DNA of 63,083 nucleotides, filler included, from Octopus bimaculoides (taxonomy: Eukaryota): NCBI RefSeq assembly GCF_001194135.2. It is 4 parts of 3 records of this genome, joined end to end, with 100 filler letters (N's around TTAATTAATTAA, not from the genome) between each part and the next. Parts side by side here need not be neighbours in the genome. Positions count along the whole stretch, not along the records: positions 1 to 23,960 come from NC_068990.1; 3 more parts are not named here. One strand, written 5' to 3'. The notes under the pieces were generated by a model that saw only the letters and a program-made list of their open reading frames with translations, was not told where the DNA came from and did no database searches. The position numbers were made by a program, and so were the translations under genes. Positions 1-13,200 of the stretch are shown piece after piece (within the stretch, counting starts at the first letter, position 1; each line of letters opens with the position of its first letter).

Positions 1-45
1 AAGACTCTTAGATTCTTATTTTACAATATGAAATTGTCTGGCATA

Positions 46-146
<101 letters not shown>

Positions 147-953
147 TTCGTATTCCCCTTCTTTTTCTTTTCTTCCTTTTTCTTCTTGTCTGCTTCTGTG
201 TCGTCTTCCGCTTCCCTTTCTTATTATTCTTGTTGCTGCCCCTTCTCTATGTATTGGTTATATTATCATATCAGAACTACTACTACTACTACTACTACTA
301 CTACTGCTGCCTATGAGCAATCTACATTAAAATTTTTATATATTTGTAACTTCAATAAATTTTAATGTTTTTTGTTTTTCAACTGAAGTATATTTGATTT
401 CGAGTAATTTTAAGAATATTTTATTTCTGAAGATATTTTACAATGATATTCATGAAGAGTAGGAAAGTCAGAAGAAGAAAAGTACGCTTAATGTCAAATT
501 AGCATCCGTTGTTGGTGTAGAATTATTAAAAGTGCCACAGTGTTATCAGAGAAAGTAAAGCTATATTTCAAACATGCTTCATATTAACGTTATTGTCACT
601 TGATAATGAAGTCTGCCGCATTCAAAAGTATTCGAAATCTATATCAATAATATATATGTATATAATAACGAAAACAAAGAATAAACTTCATTACGATAAA
701 TAGATGACTAACGGTAATAACATTACATATATAAGATTGAGTGTAATAGGAAAATTAATAATCTTAATAAGACTTGTTAGGCTAACGAAAAGACTTTCAC
801 AAGTAGGTAGAGGAGCAATGTAAGAGGCTTCGCTGCAACTCAATTTATATTTTCCTTCTTTATTTTCTTCCTTCTGTCTTTCCATCTATTTATCTACCTA
901 TCTTTATTAATTTCTCTTTCTTCTCTCTCTCTGCACAAATGTATATATATGTT

Positions 954-992
<39 letters not shown>

Positions 993-1445
993 TTAAGGAA
1001 TGGAGTAAACACATGTTATAACNNNNNNNNNNNNNNNNNNNNNNNNNNNNNNNNNNNNNNNNNNNNNNNNNNNNNNNNNNNNNNNNNNNNNNNNNNNNNN
1101 NNNNNNNNNNNNNNNNNNNNNNNNNNNNNNNNNNNNNNNNNNNNNNNNNNNNNNNNNNNNNNNNNNNNNNNNNNNNNNNNNNNNNNNNNNNNNNNNNNNN
1201 NNNNNNNNNNNNNNNNNNNNNNNNNNNNNNNNNNNNNNNNNNNNNNNNNNNNNNNNNNNNNNNNNNNNNNNNNNNNNNNNNNNNNNNNNNNNNNNNNNNN
1301 NNNNNNNNNNNNNNNNNNNNNNNNNNNNNNNNNNNNNNNNNNNNNNNNNNNNNNNNNNNNNNNNNNNNNNNNNNNNNNNNNNNNNNNNNNNNNNNNNNNN
1401 NNNNNNNNTATATATATATATATATATATGCACAAATATCAAGTG

Positions 1446-1487
<42 letters not shown>

Positions 1488-1864
1488 ATAGGTTTTTCAG
1501 TCATTACACAGTTACACACCTATCCGGGTGTATCTTGGTTACGAAATCAACTTTTGTATCACATAATCTTCAAAAAGTGGTAGCTGAAATAATCATCACA
1601 TTTAAAATTAACTATACTGTAAATGTATCGTTATCTCTAATGATAGATTTCTAATGATACAACGCAGGCACTTAGGAAAGAAAGACTATCTGAGGTTAAT
1701 TGACCAGTCATTGACCAGAAAAGACGAAATAAAATTTGTTGGCTGCGAGTTTTGAACTAGAAGACAAGATGACCAAAAGAAATTCACTGTTGTTAGTGCT
1801 AGTTCTCTCTCCAGGAGAGATTATTATATTCTTAATATCGGCGAATTAACACGAGAGAAAAAAA

Positions 1865-2035
1865 AATGCTTAGAGATATTTCGTCTGTGTTTACTTTGTG
1901 AGTTCAAATTCCGCTGAGCTCAACCTTACGTTTATCTTTTTGGAGTCGATGATATAAGTATCAACTGATCACTGGGAATCGAAGAATCGACTTTGCACCT
2001 GCGCCGAAATAGCTGGCCCTGTTCCAAAAATTTGA
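1865..2035 (+). mobile_element. Degenerate tRNA-derived SINE, family A (Meta-like core)
   Basis: B-box-like GAGTTCAAATTCC followed by a diverged version of the core seen in cleaner copies at 5531 and 26961. Confidence 0.65.
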
Positions 2036-2642
2036 AACCGATATTAGCTAATTATTAATTTAGCCGTATAGATCATCTTTTTATTATATGATGGATTTCA
2101 CATCAGATCTACATTTCATTGGTTTGTTCAATATACAGCAGTTAAACATGTTGGTTACAAAGCTTAAATTCCAATTTAGTAAATTCAAAATGCATGCAAT
2201 AATCATCTCTCGTAAAGCATTGAATTCCTTCACACGTCTTTATAGTAAATGTTATGAATATCAATTTAGTTTCCATTAGCTTTTTTGACATAAAAGCGTT
2301 AGAATATTCTTAACGTGAATCGCGCCGCCCATTAGGCTTAGCAAATTATTTTTTAAAATATTTAATACCTACCATTTCGTTAAGCTGTCTGTTACGTAGC
2401 CCTTCCATCACCATTTCCTTTTTTTCTAAATATTTTTTCATCTATTTGCTATTTGTGCATTTCAGATATTATCACCAATTCCATTGTCTGTCCACGTTTT
2501 ATATCATGTGAAACACTTCGGCGTTTACGCATACAATATCAATTTTGTTACATTTATTCTTTAGACACTAGCACTCCGTCGGTTACAACGACGAATGTTC
2601 CATTTGATCCGATCAATGGAACAGCCTACACGTGAAATTATC

Positions 2643-2899
2643 GTGCAAGTGGCTGAGCAACCTACAGACACGTGTACCCTTAACATAGTTCCCAGGGAGA
2701 TTCATTTCATAGTGACGTAGAATATGACAAGGCTGGCCCTTTGAATTACAGGTACAATTTATTTTTGGCAGCTCAGTGGGCTGCTGAAACGTGAAATAAA
2801 GTGTCTTGCTGAAGGACACAACGAGCCGCGCAGGATTCGAACACAGGACCTTAAGATCATGAGCTGAATACCATAACAACTAAGCCACGCGCATTCACA
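2643..2899 (-). mobile_element. tRNA-derived SINE, family D
   Basis: Minus strand starts with an A-box/B-box head (GCGTGGCTTAGTTG...GTTCGAATCC); related + strand fragment near 33689. Confidence 0.75.
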
Positions 2900-3105
2900 T
2901 TTATCCTTTAACGCTTTGATCAAGGTGCCAAGCGAAACTTCAATAACGTTACAAATATAGGATTAAAGTTAATAGTGGAACTAACAATCATAATTAGAAT
3001 TGTCTGGCTAACAAACAGATATTCTCACACAGGAGGAGTGGCAATGTGCAAGCCATCAGTGCAACGCAATCTATATCGTGTTTCTTTACTCCTTGTTTCT
3101 TTTGG

Positions 3106-3107
<2 letters not shown>

Positions 3108-3176
<69 letters not shown>

Positions 3177-3283
3177 GTCAGTCAATCAGTCAGTCAGTCA
3201 GTCTGTCTGTCTGTCTGTGTGTTTGTCTGACTATCTATCTATCTACTATCTATCTATCTACTGTCTGTCTGTCTGTCTACCTA

Positions 3284-3337
<54 letters not shown>
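3108..3337. repeat. Compound (TCTA)n/(TCAG)n/(TCTG)n microsatellite
   Basis: Direct reading; produces the LSIY-repeat ORFs. Confidence 0.97.
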
Positions 3338-3338
<1 letters not shown>

Positions 3339-4260
3339 GGCACCGCGAGTGTCGCCAAGCTCTACAACAGCTCTGCCGTCCGGGATCAAACTTGTGCAGC
3401 TTCCAAACGACCAATGCGTTCTATNNNNNNNNNNNNNNNNNNNNNNNNNNNNNNNNNNNNNNNNNNNNNNNNNNNNNNNNNNNNNNNNNNNNNNNNNNNN
3501 NNNNNNNNNNNNNNNNNNNNNNNNNNNNNNNNNNNNNNNNNNNNNNNNNNNNNNNNNNNNNNNNNNNNNNNNNNNNNNNNNNNNNNNNNNNNNNNNNNNN
3601 NNNNNNNNNNNNNNNNNNNNNNNNNNNNNNNNNNNNNNNNNNNNNNNNNNNNNNNNNNNNNNNNNNNNNNNNNNNNNNNNNNNNNNNNNNNNNNNNNNNN
3701 NNNNNNNNNNNNNNNNNNNNNNNNNNNNNNNNNNNNNNNNNNNNNNNNNNNNNNNNNNNNNNNNNNNNNNNNNNNNNNNNNNNNNNNNNNNNNNNNNNNN
3801 NNNNNNNNNNNNNNNNNNNNNNNNNNNNNNNNNNNNNNNNNNNNNNNNNNNNNNNNNNNNNNNNNNNNNNNNNNNNNNNNNNNNNNNNNNNNNNNNNNNN
3901 NNNNNNNNNNNNNNNNNNNNNNNNNNNNNNNNNNNNNNNNNNNNNNNNNNNNNNNNNNNNNNNNNNNNNNNNNNNNNNNNNNNNNNNNNNNNNNNNNNNN
4001 NNNNNNNNNNNNNNNNNNNNNNNNNNNNNNNNNNNNNNNNNNNNNNNNNNNNNNNNNNNNNNNNNNNNNNNNNNNNNNNNNNNNNNNNNNNNNNNNNNNN
4101 NNNNNNNNNNNNNNNNNNNNNNNNNNNNNNNNNNNNNNNNNNNNNNNNNNTTCTTCCCGCGATCCCTTTTGATCCAAATTATCCCCCCCCCCAAGAAAAG
4201 CTCTACTTTGTAATTTGTCCATTTTCTGTATTTAGCCCTGTGTGGCTATAATAAAAAGAT
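3338..4260 (+). mobile_element. Possible 5'-truncated LINE (L1/Tx1-like) 3' portion, mostly hidden by an N gap
   Basis: GC-richer segment reading [29 protein letters not shown] starts abruptly in the TATC array; after the gap the sequence ends in AATAAA and TATC resumes. Family call is by recalled resemblance only. Confidence 0.35.
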
Positions 4261-4337
4261 ATCTATCAGTGAGTGAGTGAGTGAGTGAGTCTGTCTGTCT
4301 GTCTGTGTGTTTGTCTGACTATCTATCTATCTATCTA

Positions 4338-4379
<42 letters not shown>

Positions 4380-4914
4380 CTGTATCTGTCTGTCTGTCTA
4401 TCTGTCTTCTATCTATCTGTCTGTCTGTGTATCTATGTATCTATCGATCTATCTCTCTATCCCTCCATGTATGTATGTATATATGTATGCATCCATCTAT
4501 GTATGTATGTATGTATGTACGTACGTATGTATGTATGTATTTTTATATTATATAATACACATAATATACAATTCTATGAGCTACTATTAGTTTCATGCGA
4601 TAAAAACAGCTCAGGCACCTCCAGGCTATCCTCAGGCTGTGCACACTTAACATAACACGCTAAACACAAGACGATAATATGAGAGATAAAACGAGACAAG
4701 GTGAGAAGGAATTTTTCTCTTTCTTCTTATTGTCCTCTTTTAGCTTGTAATTCCATGTGGGTACAGTCTGCAGATAGCTTGGAGGTACCAGACGTGTTAA
4801 AAATGTTGTCTGAGCGGTTTTCGTTGCATGAAATTATTTATCCCTCACGAAAAGAAGTATTTATTTTGTCGGTCTTACCATTACGTAACAATTTGTGTGT
4901 GTGTGTTTGTGTGT

Positions 4915-5127
4915 ACTCCTTACTCTTTTACTTGTTTCAGTCATTTGACTGCGACCATGCTGGAGCACCGCCTTTAGTCGAGCAAATCGACCCTAGGACA
5001 TATTCTTTGTAAGCCAAGTACTTATTCTATCGGTCACTTTTGGCGAACCGCCAGGTGACGGGGACGTAAACACACAAGCATCGGATGTCAAGCGATGTTG
5101 GGGGGACAAACGCAATCACACAAACAT

Positions 5128-5130
<3 letters not shown>
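4915..5130 (-). mobile_element. SINE-like repeat, family C, with CR1-type 3' tail
   Basis: Homologous to 48650-48860 (+); minus strand ends GGCGGTGCTCCAGCATGGTCGCAGTCAAATGACTGAAACAAGTAAAAGAG. Confidence 0.85.
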
Positions 5131-5162
<32 letters not shown>

Positions 5163-5170
5163 CATATATG

Positions 5171-5264
5171 TACGACGGGTTTCTTTCAGTTTCCGTCTAC
5201 CAAATCCACTCCCAAGGCTTTGGTCGGCTCGAGGCTATAGTAGAAGACACTTGCACAAGGTGCC
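5171..5264 (-). mobile_element. SINE family B, 3' half
   Basis: Reverse complement of the 3' part of the clean copy at 52768-52929. Confidence 0.9.
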
Positions 5265-5530
5265 TTCTTATTTTTATCAAATCTGTAACTGGGGACTATC
5301 GAAATGCATAGAACGACATTGTCTCCTCTTAGCCTATTACAAACAAAATTTATTGCATACGTTTTTCTGTGTGTGAGTGTACGTGTGTGTCCGTACGTGT
5401 CTGTGTACGTATATGTATAATTTACATCCCAATGTGATGATAGGTTTTAGAATTTACGATGTCTACAGATTGTTGAAAGCATTCCACGTGAGTGCATTTC
5501 ATCATTTAAACAGCAATATATCATTTACAA

Positions 5531-5722
5531 GGGCGAAATGCTTAGAGGTATTTCGTCTGCCGTTACGTTCTGAGTTCAATTTCTGCCGAGGTCGACTTTC
5601 GCTTTCATCCTTTCGGAGTCGATTAAATAAGTACCAGTTACGCACTGGGGTCGATGTAATCGACTTAATCCCTTCGTCTCTTCTTGTTTGTCCCCTCTAT
5701 GCTTGTGGGCAATAAAGAAATA
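5531..5722 (+). mobile_element. SINE family A
   Basis: B-box GAGTTCAATTTC plus core GCCGAGGTCGACTTTCGCTTTCATCCTTTCGGAGTCGATTAAATAAGTACCAG; closely matches 35311-35510 in reverse. Confidence 0.9.
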
Positions 5723-7593
5723 AATATGTCATTTACAATTGTAAGACTTATCAAAGGTTTTCCTTCTATGTCAAGCCAATCGTGTTACACACATATATGC
5801 CTACACACACACACAAACATAAACACACACACACAGACTTATATATACACACACAGACTTATATATACACACACAGACATATTCATATAGGTATTTATGC
5901 ATTCATAAATTTGTGTGTGTGTGTGTGTGTGTATTATGAAAAATTTTAGATAATTCATCCATTCATGAAGTTTTACAGAAAATATACACCCGTAAGTATG
6001 CATGCATACATACATACATACAGACTGACAGACTGATGACAGACAGATAGATAGATAACTACATAGATACATGTACAGACTGACAGACAGAGAGACAGAC
6101 AGACAATGAGCTAAACAGAAATTCAAACAGACTGAAGGATAGATAGATAAACACACACACATATTATATATATATAGATACTTAGGCAGGTAGGTAGGTA
6201 GCTAGCTAGCTAGCTAGGAAGATAGATAGATAGACTGAGAGAAAGAAAGACAAAGTGAGAAAATTATTATAAAACTATATACAAAATACAAACTTCCATA
6301 CTTCTATACACAAAAATATAATGAGAAAGGCATTTTTGTAATGATAAGAGATGTCCAAGATATGCTCCATAAAATTAGCTAAAGGCTACATTTAAAATAA
6401 ACTCTTCGCGACAAATAAGATTACAAAATCAATAATTCGCACAATGTTCTCAAGAAATGAAATTACCACATTCAAGGACTTCANNNNNNNNNNNNNNNNN
6501 NNNNNNNNNNNNNNNNNNNNNNNNNNNNNNNNNNNNNNNNNNNNNNNNNNNNNNNNNNNNNNNNNNNNNNNNNNNNNNNNNNNNNNNNNNNNNNNNNNNN
6601 NNNNNNNNNNNNNNNNNNNNNNNNNNNNNNNNNNNNNNNNNNNNNNNNNNNNNNNNNNNNNNNNNNNNNNNNNNNNNNNNNNNNNNNNNNNNNNNNNNNN
6701 NNNNNNNNNNNNNNNNNNNNNNNNNNNNNNNNNNNNNNNNNNNNNNNNNNNNNNNNNNNNNNNNNNNNNNNNNNNNNNNNNNNNNNNNNNNNNNNNNNNN
6801 NNNNNNNNNNNNNNNNNNNNNNNNNNNNNNNNNNNNNNNNNNNNNNNNNNNNNNNNNNNNNNNNNNNNNNNNNNNNNNNNNNNNNNNNNNNNNNNNNNNN
6901 NNNNNNNNNNNNNNNNNNNNNNNNNNNNNNNNNNNNNNNNNNNNNNNNNNNNNNNNNNNNNNNNNNNNNNNNNNNNNNNNNNNNNNNNNNNNATATGTGT
7001 GTGTGTGTGTGTGTGTGTATTTACACACATAACTATATATATAGGCACATACGCAATCGTATACTCACATACACATATGTATATATTATATAAATACATG
7101 TCTTCTGTTTGTTTTTAATTTCATATCATTCTATTCACTTGTTAAACAATAATTTAAAGTTAAACAGAGAACAGAAAAGGAAAATCAAATGAAGAAAACC
7201 TATCAGAAGGAAAGAAAATGTGTTCGAGTTTATTTTTATACTTTATGTATTCTCTCTGTCATCATCAACGTCATCATCATAATTATTATTATTATCATTA
7301 TGTGAAAATATTTTGTATTCTATTGTATTCTGGCATTTATTATCACTTGCAACGCTGTAACAGAAAAAGTTTTCATCATCAATTTTCTTTGAATTATTTA
7401 GAATTATTTCCTCCTCTAAATCCTTTGTCTTTTCTTCTTTATGTTAATCATTTTCCCTAAAGTTGTTATTATTCTGCTTGCTGTTTATGAGGTTCTTCTT
7501 TCTCTTCATCTTCATCATCATCTATCATCTCACTATATACCTTCTTTTCTCCTCATCTCCCCTGTTTTATTATTATTATTATTATCATTATTA

Positions 7594-7640
<47 letters not shown>

Positions 7641-7655
7641 GGTGTTGTTGTTATG

Positions 7656-7880
7656 AGAGGACGCATAACTTGGTGATCAGGGTGAGATCGTAGTTTCAAT
7701 TCCCAGATCTAGTGGTGTGTTGGGTTCTTAAACAACACGTTGGTCCTCGGTCGCTTCGGCACCAGACGCGTGGTACACTGTGCACTTATTCAGGCAACGT
7801 TGATTTGATGGAGGGAGGGTGCTAACGTATAGTACATATATTTGATTACTATAAGCAATACATTTGTCAAGGTCGTTCGG
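7656..7880 (+). mobile_element. Degenerate tRNA-derived SINE
   Basis: Decayed A/B-box-like head right after an (ATT)n array; family uncertain. Confidence 0.45.
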
Positions 7881-7899
7881 CAAAAACCTCGATGGGAGA

Positions 7900-8085
7900 G
7901 TCCGGCAGAATAGTTAGCACGTCAGGCAAAATTCTTAGTGGCATTTCGTCAGTCATTACGTTCTGAGTTCAAACTCCTCAGAGGTCGACTTCGCCTTCCA
8001 CCCTTTCGAAGTCGATAAAATAAGTACCATTTGGACACTTGAGTCGATGTTACCGACTTATTCCCTCTCCGAAAAATTTGAAACC
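7900..8085 (+). mobile_element. SINE family A
   Basis: GGCAGAATAGTTAGCAC head, GAGTTCAAACTCC B-box, GAGGTCGACTTCGCCTTCCACCCTTTCG core. Confidence 0.85.
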
Positions 8086-8315
8086 ATTCCCCTCATTTAA
8101 ATGGTGATTAATCTATTCGTTAATACACACATTTTGTGATTATATATTTAAAAATAAGCAAACAATTTCCAATAACCGGCTCACTTTCAGATATGTTCTA
8201 CATTGTTCGATTGCACCAATCTTATATCTGTTGATTGTGTAACGCTAATGGGGTAAAAACCTTTATCCACCAATTTCATCTGTAACTAGATGCTGTATTA
8301 GATAATCCAGTGTAA

Positions 8316-8864
8316 TTATTCCATATTCAGACATGTCGAGTTCGGAATTTTTACACAGTTGGAAAACACTGATATGCTTTGTATTTTGCACCTTTCTTTT
8401 CTATCGGTTAACAAAACAAATGCCCAAAGGCTTTCTAGTGTTCCATTCGAAATTAACACTCGTGTAAGATAGCAGAAATTCACAGAAACTCGTCTAACGG
8501 TACCACAGTTGATGTGAAAGAAGTCCTGCAAAACGACTTTGTTTTGAAGGGCTACCATCACCACAGTTTCTGAACTACTTGTCTTGGAACATGGAGAACT
8601 CGTTGCCCGATCGGAGCTGATACATGATACATATACGTCATAATACTTGATGACGATTGGGATGTAAGAAAGACGGTAATCTTCTCTGGAACTACTGTCT
8701 AGTTTTCTAAGGTCGTTGAGCGAATGATGTACATTTATGTATTCATTACTTAAATCTTCCATTTGGTAGAAAATAGCAAACCGAGCACTATCGATTATAT
8801 TTACCCAGGGGAAGGTCTCATCTTCACTCCTATAGTCTTGGCAGATGCTGAGTTTGTGGTGTTA
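8316..8864 (-). CDS. Orphan open frame of about 182 codons, unknown product (exon or pseudogene relic)
   Basis: Non-repetitive stop-free frame extending the 148-aa ORF upstream by about 34 codons; roughly 50 more open codons lie beyond a single TAA. No family recognised with confidence. Confidence 0.35.
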
Positions 8865-9261
8865 ATAACATAGCAGCCTTTTCTTCTTTTGTCTTTGATT
8901 TGAGAAGAAAGTCCTTAGTTGTTTGATGTTACCACTTGAGTGAAAACTAGGTCTACAATCTTTTACTATAGTGTACAGTCGGGTGGTTGTGGAAGTTCTA
9001 TTGACACAGAAACATGGTCAGATTTATAGGTTGAACTTCAATTGTTATACTAGACTAATTTCCGTGTTGGTGATTTTAAAATAAAGTTTGAAGCTACTTG
9101 GAAAGATGTACGTTGAAATATGGACAAAATTCCTTTCTTAGGTAAGATAACATATCGTCGCTTGCGCTACCAGAACACACCTCACTTCTAAAAATCTCCA
9201 AAGCCTGACACGTTTAAGGAAATTACTTTTATGCAAATTTTGAACGGAGGCAATTGTCAAC

Positions 9262-9350
9262 CTCGATCGCATTTGAACTCAGAAGGCATAGACAGACGAA
9301 AAACCAGTAAGCATTTTGTACGTCATACAGTCGATTCTGCCAGCTCACAA
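9262..9350 (-). mobile_element. SINE family A head fragment
   Basis: TTTGAACTCAGAA...GATTCTGCCAGCTC is the reverse complement of the family A head. Confidence 0.7.
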
Positions 9351-10202
9351 TCTTTATACTCAATGTAATTGTAATATATCATATAAATATAAATTTGCTG
9401 AAATACTGGGTTTGTCCCTGATGACGTCCGCTGATGTGTTAATTTTTCTAAATTAGTAATTAATATAATGGAATGTCTGTAATGATATTGTTGTTATGGT
9501 TACTTTTGTTTCTTGGCACCATATTGCCGGTGATGGCCCTGGTTGTATTTTTATGTTTCCGTTCGTTATTATGGCCTTACTTTTCAAAGCGAAGTCTTCC
9601 TTGATAATTTGCTATTGTTAGTGGTAATGAGGAAACCTATTAGAGCTATTTATTTACAGATCTATAACAATTTCACTAGGAAGTGTATATTTTCAGTTAT
9701 ATTGCTTTCAAAACTCTCATGGAAGCAACCCAAATATTATCGATCTTTAATGGTGAATACGGACGATATTTGTCCTTAAATGATTGTTTAATATCAAGGA
9801 AATTTGATAAATGGTGATCTGTTTACTGATCAGGACAAAATACTCAGACGTTTCAAAAACCATTTTTTGTGGATATTCTTATAAACAAGCACAAATAAAC
9901 TAAAATGTTGTTTGGAAATGCTTCTGAAAAGCTGATTAAAATTCTGAAATAGTGACGATATTTGACAACCTGTGGAGATAAGTGTTACGATCAGACAAAT
10001 TATAATGTAAGAAAAAGGGGTAAACTTCTGATCGCAACAACAAAGTGTTCAAACAGTGAAGTAAATGTTCATATATGGAGATTATGTCCAGTCTCAATTG
10101 TTTCAAGGTAGGTAGTGAACGGTCCGACCCGTATGCAGCTCCGTTTCTCGTTCTGGTTCTATCCGCGTCTAGCTGCCGTTGTCTTCCCCACTCCCCTTTT
10201 TA

Positions 10203-10284
10203 ACAGGAAGTACGAGATTACCTGCCTTGCTCGTTAACAGGAAGTGAACGAGGTTACCTGTCTCGTACTATGCTAACTTCCTGT
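10203..10284. promoter_or_regulatory. Cluster of three ETS-type ACAGGAAGT motifs
   Basis: ACAGGAAGT at 10203-10211 and 10237-10245, reverse ACTTCCTGT at 10276-10284, in locally CpG-rich sequence. Function is inferred. Confidence 0.35.
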
Positions 10285-13200
10285 ATGTATATTTGGTTAT
10301 TCATACCAACGTTATTTCACTTGTGCCAAACGGTCGTTGACAAACGTTTATCTCGCCACCTTCGGAAAATACAGGGTAAGTTCTCACCATTCATTATCTT
10401 AGAGGTATACATAACATAAGATATTAAACTACTACTACTACTACTACTGAACAACAAGACCAACAAAAGCAATAACACCACCAGCACCAACATCCTAGTA
10501 ACACCAACAACAACAGTTATAATAATGACTAATAACAACTTCAAAATGGTTAAAAATCTGATTTTGTTGAGTTTCAAGTTGAATTAAGTGGTTAGTACCG
10601 TTCCATTCACTGATTTTCATTAATCTATGAAGATATTTTTATATCTATGGCGTTTGGAATCTTTTAGTCCACGTTTTTTAAGCGCATTTTTTTGGATAGA
10701 TAGATGATTTTTTTTAGATCCATTTCTAAAATAGCAGCTTCAAGTATTCGGACTCTATATAGAACTACTCGTCGTTCACTTCTACCCAAAAACATTCTCC
10801 ATATTTCCTGGCCTCTAACTTACCATTTCATGTAATTTTTTTGTTATATTTACGTTATTACACCAACTGGTTGCTTTCTCTTCCTGAACGCATACAAATA
10901 CAAGTTTCTTAGATTATTTGGTCCCGTTTCGGCAGCTAAATACCATTGTCTGTCTCGTGGTCGGGATAGAGTTTCCTCCTGTATATTTATGTAAATCCTT
11001 GTGTATTCGATTTTCAGTTCAACTTTCTTGTTTTCCATCTCTTCCTAACACGTAATCCGGTGAAAGTTGCGCCAGTTAAACTCATCCTTTCAGTACTATT
11101 GCCCACACTTGTAAGAAATGCATCTCCACCAGTAGTAAGAGTACATGCTTATGCGCACACACATACACGCACACACAAACACACACACACGCATACTCAC
11201 ACACATATGTATTCACGCGTCAGTGGGCGAACAAATTAAAAAGAGACTCACAGCATATTTGGTAGCTGCTACATATATTATAAAAGGATATAGGTTTATC
11301 ATTATACATATATACAGGTGTGTGTGTGTGTGTGTGCGCGCGTGTGTCTTTGTGTGAGAGTGTGTGTTAATCTCTGTGTGTTTGTATGTGTACCTATATA
11401 TATATGTTATATATACGTATCTATACACGTATCTATGTATCTATTTGTCGATATATGTTTATATAGATAGAATGATAGATAGACATGCACACATTCATAA
11501 ACATATACATCCAAGGACAAGAATATGCAATATAAAAACAAAAATGACTTGTATAGAAGTATAAATTCGCAAATTAAGTGTGATATATATATATAGAAAA
11601 AAATATTATTGACTGGCATGGCAGAATTGCACAACAGGAAGATAAAATAAAGTAAATAACGTAAAATTAAGTTAAATGAAATAACAAATAACTATAGATA
11701 TTTTCAAATGTTTTACTCTGTACGTTATTAATGCTTAACAGTGAGCGGTTTCTGATTGAAAAAAATCATGATTAGACATCGTGTTGTTGACTATTATTCG
11801 TTTATGATTATTACCTCAACTTCCACAGAGCACAATTGATTTCAAGCCGTGATATAGCGATTTAACATTGGTGTTGATATCTGTACATATATACAGATGT
11901 ATACACAAATACATACCCGTAAACACAAATGTGCGCACACACAGATATATGTATATACATATATGAATATATAAATACATACATATTACATACATACATT
12001 CCTACACGTCAGTATGGCTCCATTTCTTTTTTTGTGCCAAGTTGATAGTTACATAATGTAAATATGCAGAAATCGATGCAAAATTATATGTAAGTATATA
12101 CTTATGTAATTGGAATAATTTGAGCGATACGTTTTTTTGTTGACTTCCATTCCTTACAGTTGATATGTTTACATATAGAAGGATATCTAAATATCTAACT
12201 GAAGATTTGTTCTTTGCATTTTATATAATATTATAACTCTTTGCTAACCATATTAAAAGCATGCTTTCAGTTTCTTGTTTCCTGTTTTTCTCTCATGAAT
12301 TGCGTTTTCTTTTGTTTTGTTTTTCATTCTTATTTTCTATTGCAACATACTAAAAATAATACTACTAATACTAATCATTCCTTCCTTACACTGACAGAAG
12401 ATTTTTGTATTTTTCTTGTTTCTTCCTTATCTTCTTTCTTTTTACACTATGCGAACTTTACCTGGGAATTAGCTGCTACAACTAAACTGGATTGCTTACA
12501 CAAAATGCAAAAAGACTGGTAAGATATGTTCATATGCCTATGCTGCACCATACAATGCAAATATATAATGAAGAGTAGAAATACTTGTTTTTATTTTGCA
12601 AAATATGGTCTCATGTTGATGTTGTGTATCCCTAATTAGTGCCGATCAAACTGGGTTGTAAGCACGTGGGTAGATGCGATCCATTAATCCTCTGTCCTGT
12701 ACAGAATATTAATCTGCCTAAATTTAGGTCAGCTTTCAATATTTTTGTTATGTAGGGCTTTTCGTATTGGGTTCAGTGTGGCAGGCTGGGTATGTTGCAT
12801 GTCTTCCAATGTTCTGTCAGTTAGTGTAATTTTGTAGGTTTAGAAAGCGATTACAAATGTACCAGGTAAAGTGGATTTGGTCTTAATACAGAAATTTGTG
12901 TAACTCAAGATGAATCTCAGGGCGCAAACACCCCTTCGCAGGAATATACAGACACAAACAATGCCAAAATCATACAATTAAAAGCAGATGAAATTCTATG
13001 CAGATCTTGAAGAAAATGTATTTATAAGCGTTGTTCAGAACATTAGCTAGCTACAACTCTTTTAGATTTTTCTAGAATAAATTTAGGCTGCCAGTTTTGC
13101 TATATTTGTGTGCGTGTTGTTGAAATTTTATTGTAGACAACGGGTGTGGTCACCTCTCTCCAAAATTACCTATGCTTCTGACTTCTTTTTGTTGATTTTG

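Noticed and set aside
8600-8700. Plus-strand VIILDDDWDV as an NB-ARC Walker B motif
   Set aside because: The frame has many stops and no upstream P-loop, and the opposite strand is the open one.
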